NCBI GenBank assembly: GCA_030390025.1 | Contig: CM059432.1 | Location: 135,844,001 to 135,908,000 of the forward strand | DNA: 64,000 nucleotides | Direction: 5' to 3' | Source: Squalus acanthias | Taxonomy: Eukaryota | Shown here: piece after piece, positions 61,400 to 64,000 of the stretch | How positions within the stretch are numbered: the stretch's first letter is position 1 | Layout of the letters: each line of letters starts with the position of its first letter | Translations under genes and position numbers: made by a program | The notes under the pieces: generated by a model | Told to the model about the DNA's origin: nothing | The model's database searches: none | Seen by the model: only the letters and a program-made list of their open reading frames with translations

Positions 61400-63381
61400 A
61401 TAGGTAATATATTAGCATAGATAGAGGATTGGCTAACTAACAGAAAACAGAGAGTCGGGATAAATGGGTCATTTTCAGGTTGGCAAACTGTAACTAGCGG
61501 GGTGCCACAGGTATCAGTGCTGGGGCCTCAACTATTTACAATCTATATTAATGACTTGGATGAAGGGACCGAGTGTACTGTTGCCAAATTTGCTGACGAT
61601 ACAAAGATAGGTGGGAAAGCAAGTTGTGAGGAGGACACAAAGGACTGGATTTTACAAGCCGAGACGAGTAGGGGGCGGGACTGCTGCCTTCCGGGTTCTA
61701 GTCCCGCCCCCAGCGACGTCCGATGCACAGACGCTATTTTCCCTTGATTGGCTTTGTTAAGCCCGCCCAGCGGGCTTGCCGGCCAATTAAGGGAAAGCCG
61801 GTGTCAGATGACATCAGTGCATGACGCTTCATCTGCCAATTTTCTTAAAGGGACAGGCCCCATAATTTTTTGACAGATGAATTGTCAGTGTTTGACAGCA
61901 TTGAGGTGACAAACACTGACAATCACTGTCCAAAGGTGAGCCCTTGCACCCAGTCTCACCAATGACTCTCTCCTTAGGAGAAAACAGATGGCAGCTGCAT
62001 GTGAGATTGCAGAAGCCATCTGTCAATTCTTCCGATCAGATGAGGCTTCATAGAAACATCAAATCTTGTCACCTGCAGATACATATAAACAGAATAAAAA
62101 TATTTCTCACTACATTCTCTCACCTGTCATACTTACTTGTGCACAATTGCACCCATCACACTACCTCTGCAGCTGTCATTTGCACACTTACACTACAGCA
62201 GACCCACAGCTCGCCTCGCTGACCCTGGCGGGGTTTCCTGCCACCGGGAAGCCCGCATCAGCAGGCTGAAAATGGGGAAAAGCCTCTAAACTGCCTGTTA
62301 ACAGGCAGTTAATTTGCTCTAATCCCCTTCCTGCCGCTAGGAGACGGGTCCCTGTGCGAGTCGGGGACCCGCCTCCCAGGAAGATGGTTCGGAGGCGGGT
62401 TGGTAGTGGGGTTGGGACCCGCTCCCAATTTTTCCCATTTTCCCAGCAGTCCCACCTCCAAACCAGCCTCCTCAGGGCTGGGAAAATCCACCCCCAGAGT
62501 CTGCAAAGGGATATAGATAGGTTAAGTGAGTGGGCAAAAGTTTGGCGGATGGAGTATAATGTGGGAAAATGTGAGGTTATCCACTTTGGTTGGAAGAATA
62601 GAAAAAACAAAATATTATTTAAATGGAGACTACAGAATGCCGCGGTACAGAGGGATCTGGGTGTCCTTGTACATGAAACACAAGTTAGCATGCAGGTACA
62701 GCAAGTAATTAGGAAGGCAAATGGAATGTTGGCCTTTATTGCAAGGAGGATGGAGTATAAAAATAGGGAAGTCTTGTTACAACTGTACAGGGCATTGGTG
62801 AGACCACACCTGGAGTACTGCGTACAGTTTTGGTCTCCTTATTTAAGGAGGGATATACTTGCATTGGAGGCAGTTCAGAGAAGGTTCACACAGTTGATTC
62901 CTGAGTTGAAGGAGTTGTCTTATGAAGAAAGGTTGAGCAGGTTGGGCCTATACTCATTGGAGTTTAGAAGAATGAGAGGTGATCTTATTGAAACATATAA
63001 GATTCTGAGGGGCTTGACAGGGTAGATGCTGAGAGGATGTTTCCCCTCGTGGGGGAATCTAGAACTAGGGGGCATAGTTTCAGAATAAGGGGTCGCCCAT
63101 TTAAAACGGAGATGGGGAGGAATTTCTTCTCTCAGAGGGTTGTGAATCTTTGGAATTCTCTACCCCAGAGAGCTGTGGAGGCTGGGTCATTGAATATATT
63201 CAAGGCGGAGATAGACAGATTTTTGAAAAACAGGGGAGTCAAGGGTTATGGGGAGCGGGCAGGAAAGTGGAGTTGAGGCCAAGATCAGATCAGCCATGAT
63301 CTTATTGAATGGCGGAGCAGGCTCGAGGGGCCAAATGGCCGACTCCTGCTCTTATTTCTTATGTTCTTATGTTCTTATGTT
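61400..63381 (+). mobile_element. 5'-truncated CR1 split by the MITE at 61642-62494
   Basis: VLGPQLF..FADDTK..CEEDTK|SLQRDIDRL...LWNSLP; (CTTATGTT)n tail. Confidence 0.92.
61642..62494. mobile_element. Harbinger non-autonomous element
   Basis: Ends GGACTGGATTTT and AAAATCCACCCC; left end resembles 6085-6300 and right end resembles 55769-55860 in reverse. Confidence 0.8.
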
Positions 63382-63493
63382 GCTTACATAACAACAGTCA
63401 CTACATGTCAAAGTAATTATTGTGCAGCACTTTGGGACATATCTGAGATAAAACATTTCTTTCTTCTTTCTTTCTTTCTTTCTTTCTTTCTTT
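63382..63493 (+). mobile_element. SINE tail with (TTTC)n microsatellite
   Basis: ACAACAGTCACTAC...CACTTTGGGAC followed by (TTTC)n. Confidence 0.6.
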
Positions 63494-64000
63494 CCCCAGC
63501 CTTAGAAGGCCAGGCCTAAGGCAAGGTGGTGACTCTCATCTTCAAAGTCATTATCATGTCATCCTACCACCTTCTACAATCAGCACTGTACCAGATTTTC
63601 CAGCCTCCAGATTCTCACTACAGACTGCCGGCTCAGATGCCAACAGAATACAATGCTCTCTACAGGTACAGAGGATGGCCTCATGGGTTTGTTAAGAGTA
63701 CTGGCCTTCAGAGCCATTGACACTGGCCAAGAGAATCCCTTTAAACCAAGACTAATGACAGACTTGGCCAAATGAAAAATGATTGAGGATCACTTTTTGG
63801 TGTAGTCGTGCACCTTGGTGGGTGAACATAATCTGAAAATCCCCATATTAATGCTGTTAGGTTCTTAACGCACTGTATCATAATATACCTCCACAGCAGT
63901 TCTCAATTGCTCCTTGGAAGCTTCAAGTAGTCCTTTAATGGCACTCGAATTTTGCCTTTGGCACCTGGGTTTGATTCTAACCCATGCTGACGGGATTAAC

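Noticed and set aside
62354..63025. Novel 223-aa fusion protein
   Set aside because: Chance read-through from a MITE end into CR1 ORF2, which then frameshifts

Overview
Repeat-dense vertebrate genomic DNA, most likely from a cartilaginous fish. This is inferred from SacSINE1/DeuSINE-like SINEs and the styles of the CR1 and L2 tails; it is not proven. No host protein-coding gene is supported, so the window looks like a large intron or an intergenic region. Main contents: (1) a complete 4.39-kb CsRn1-clade Gypsy LTR element (17395-21784); (2) a complete 4.28-kb two-gene PIF/Harbinger transposon (55769-60047) encoding a transposase and a convergent three-exon Myb/SANT gene, plus about ten Harbinger-type MITEs or deletion derivatives; (3) a CR1 with an uninterrupted APE+RT ORF2 (52186-55150) and many CR1, L2 and RTE 3' fragments; (4) a Tx1/L1-type element that appears to carry ORF1 only; (5) short palindromic insertions derived from Penelope-like elements (PLEs), flanked by TSDs and carrying minimal hammerhead ribozyme cores, tied to PLEs by a GIY-YIG fragment at 60894-61097; (6) many tRNA-derived SINEs. 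Several insertions are nested. All calls were made by eye without database searches, and boundaries of old repeats are approximate.
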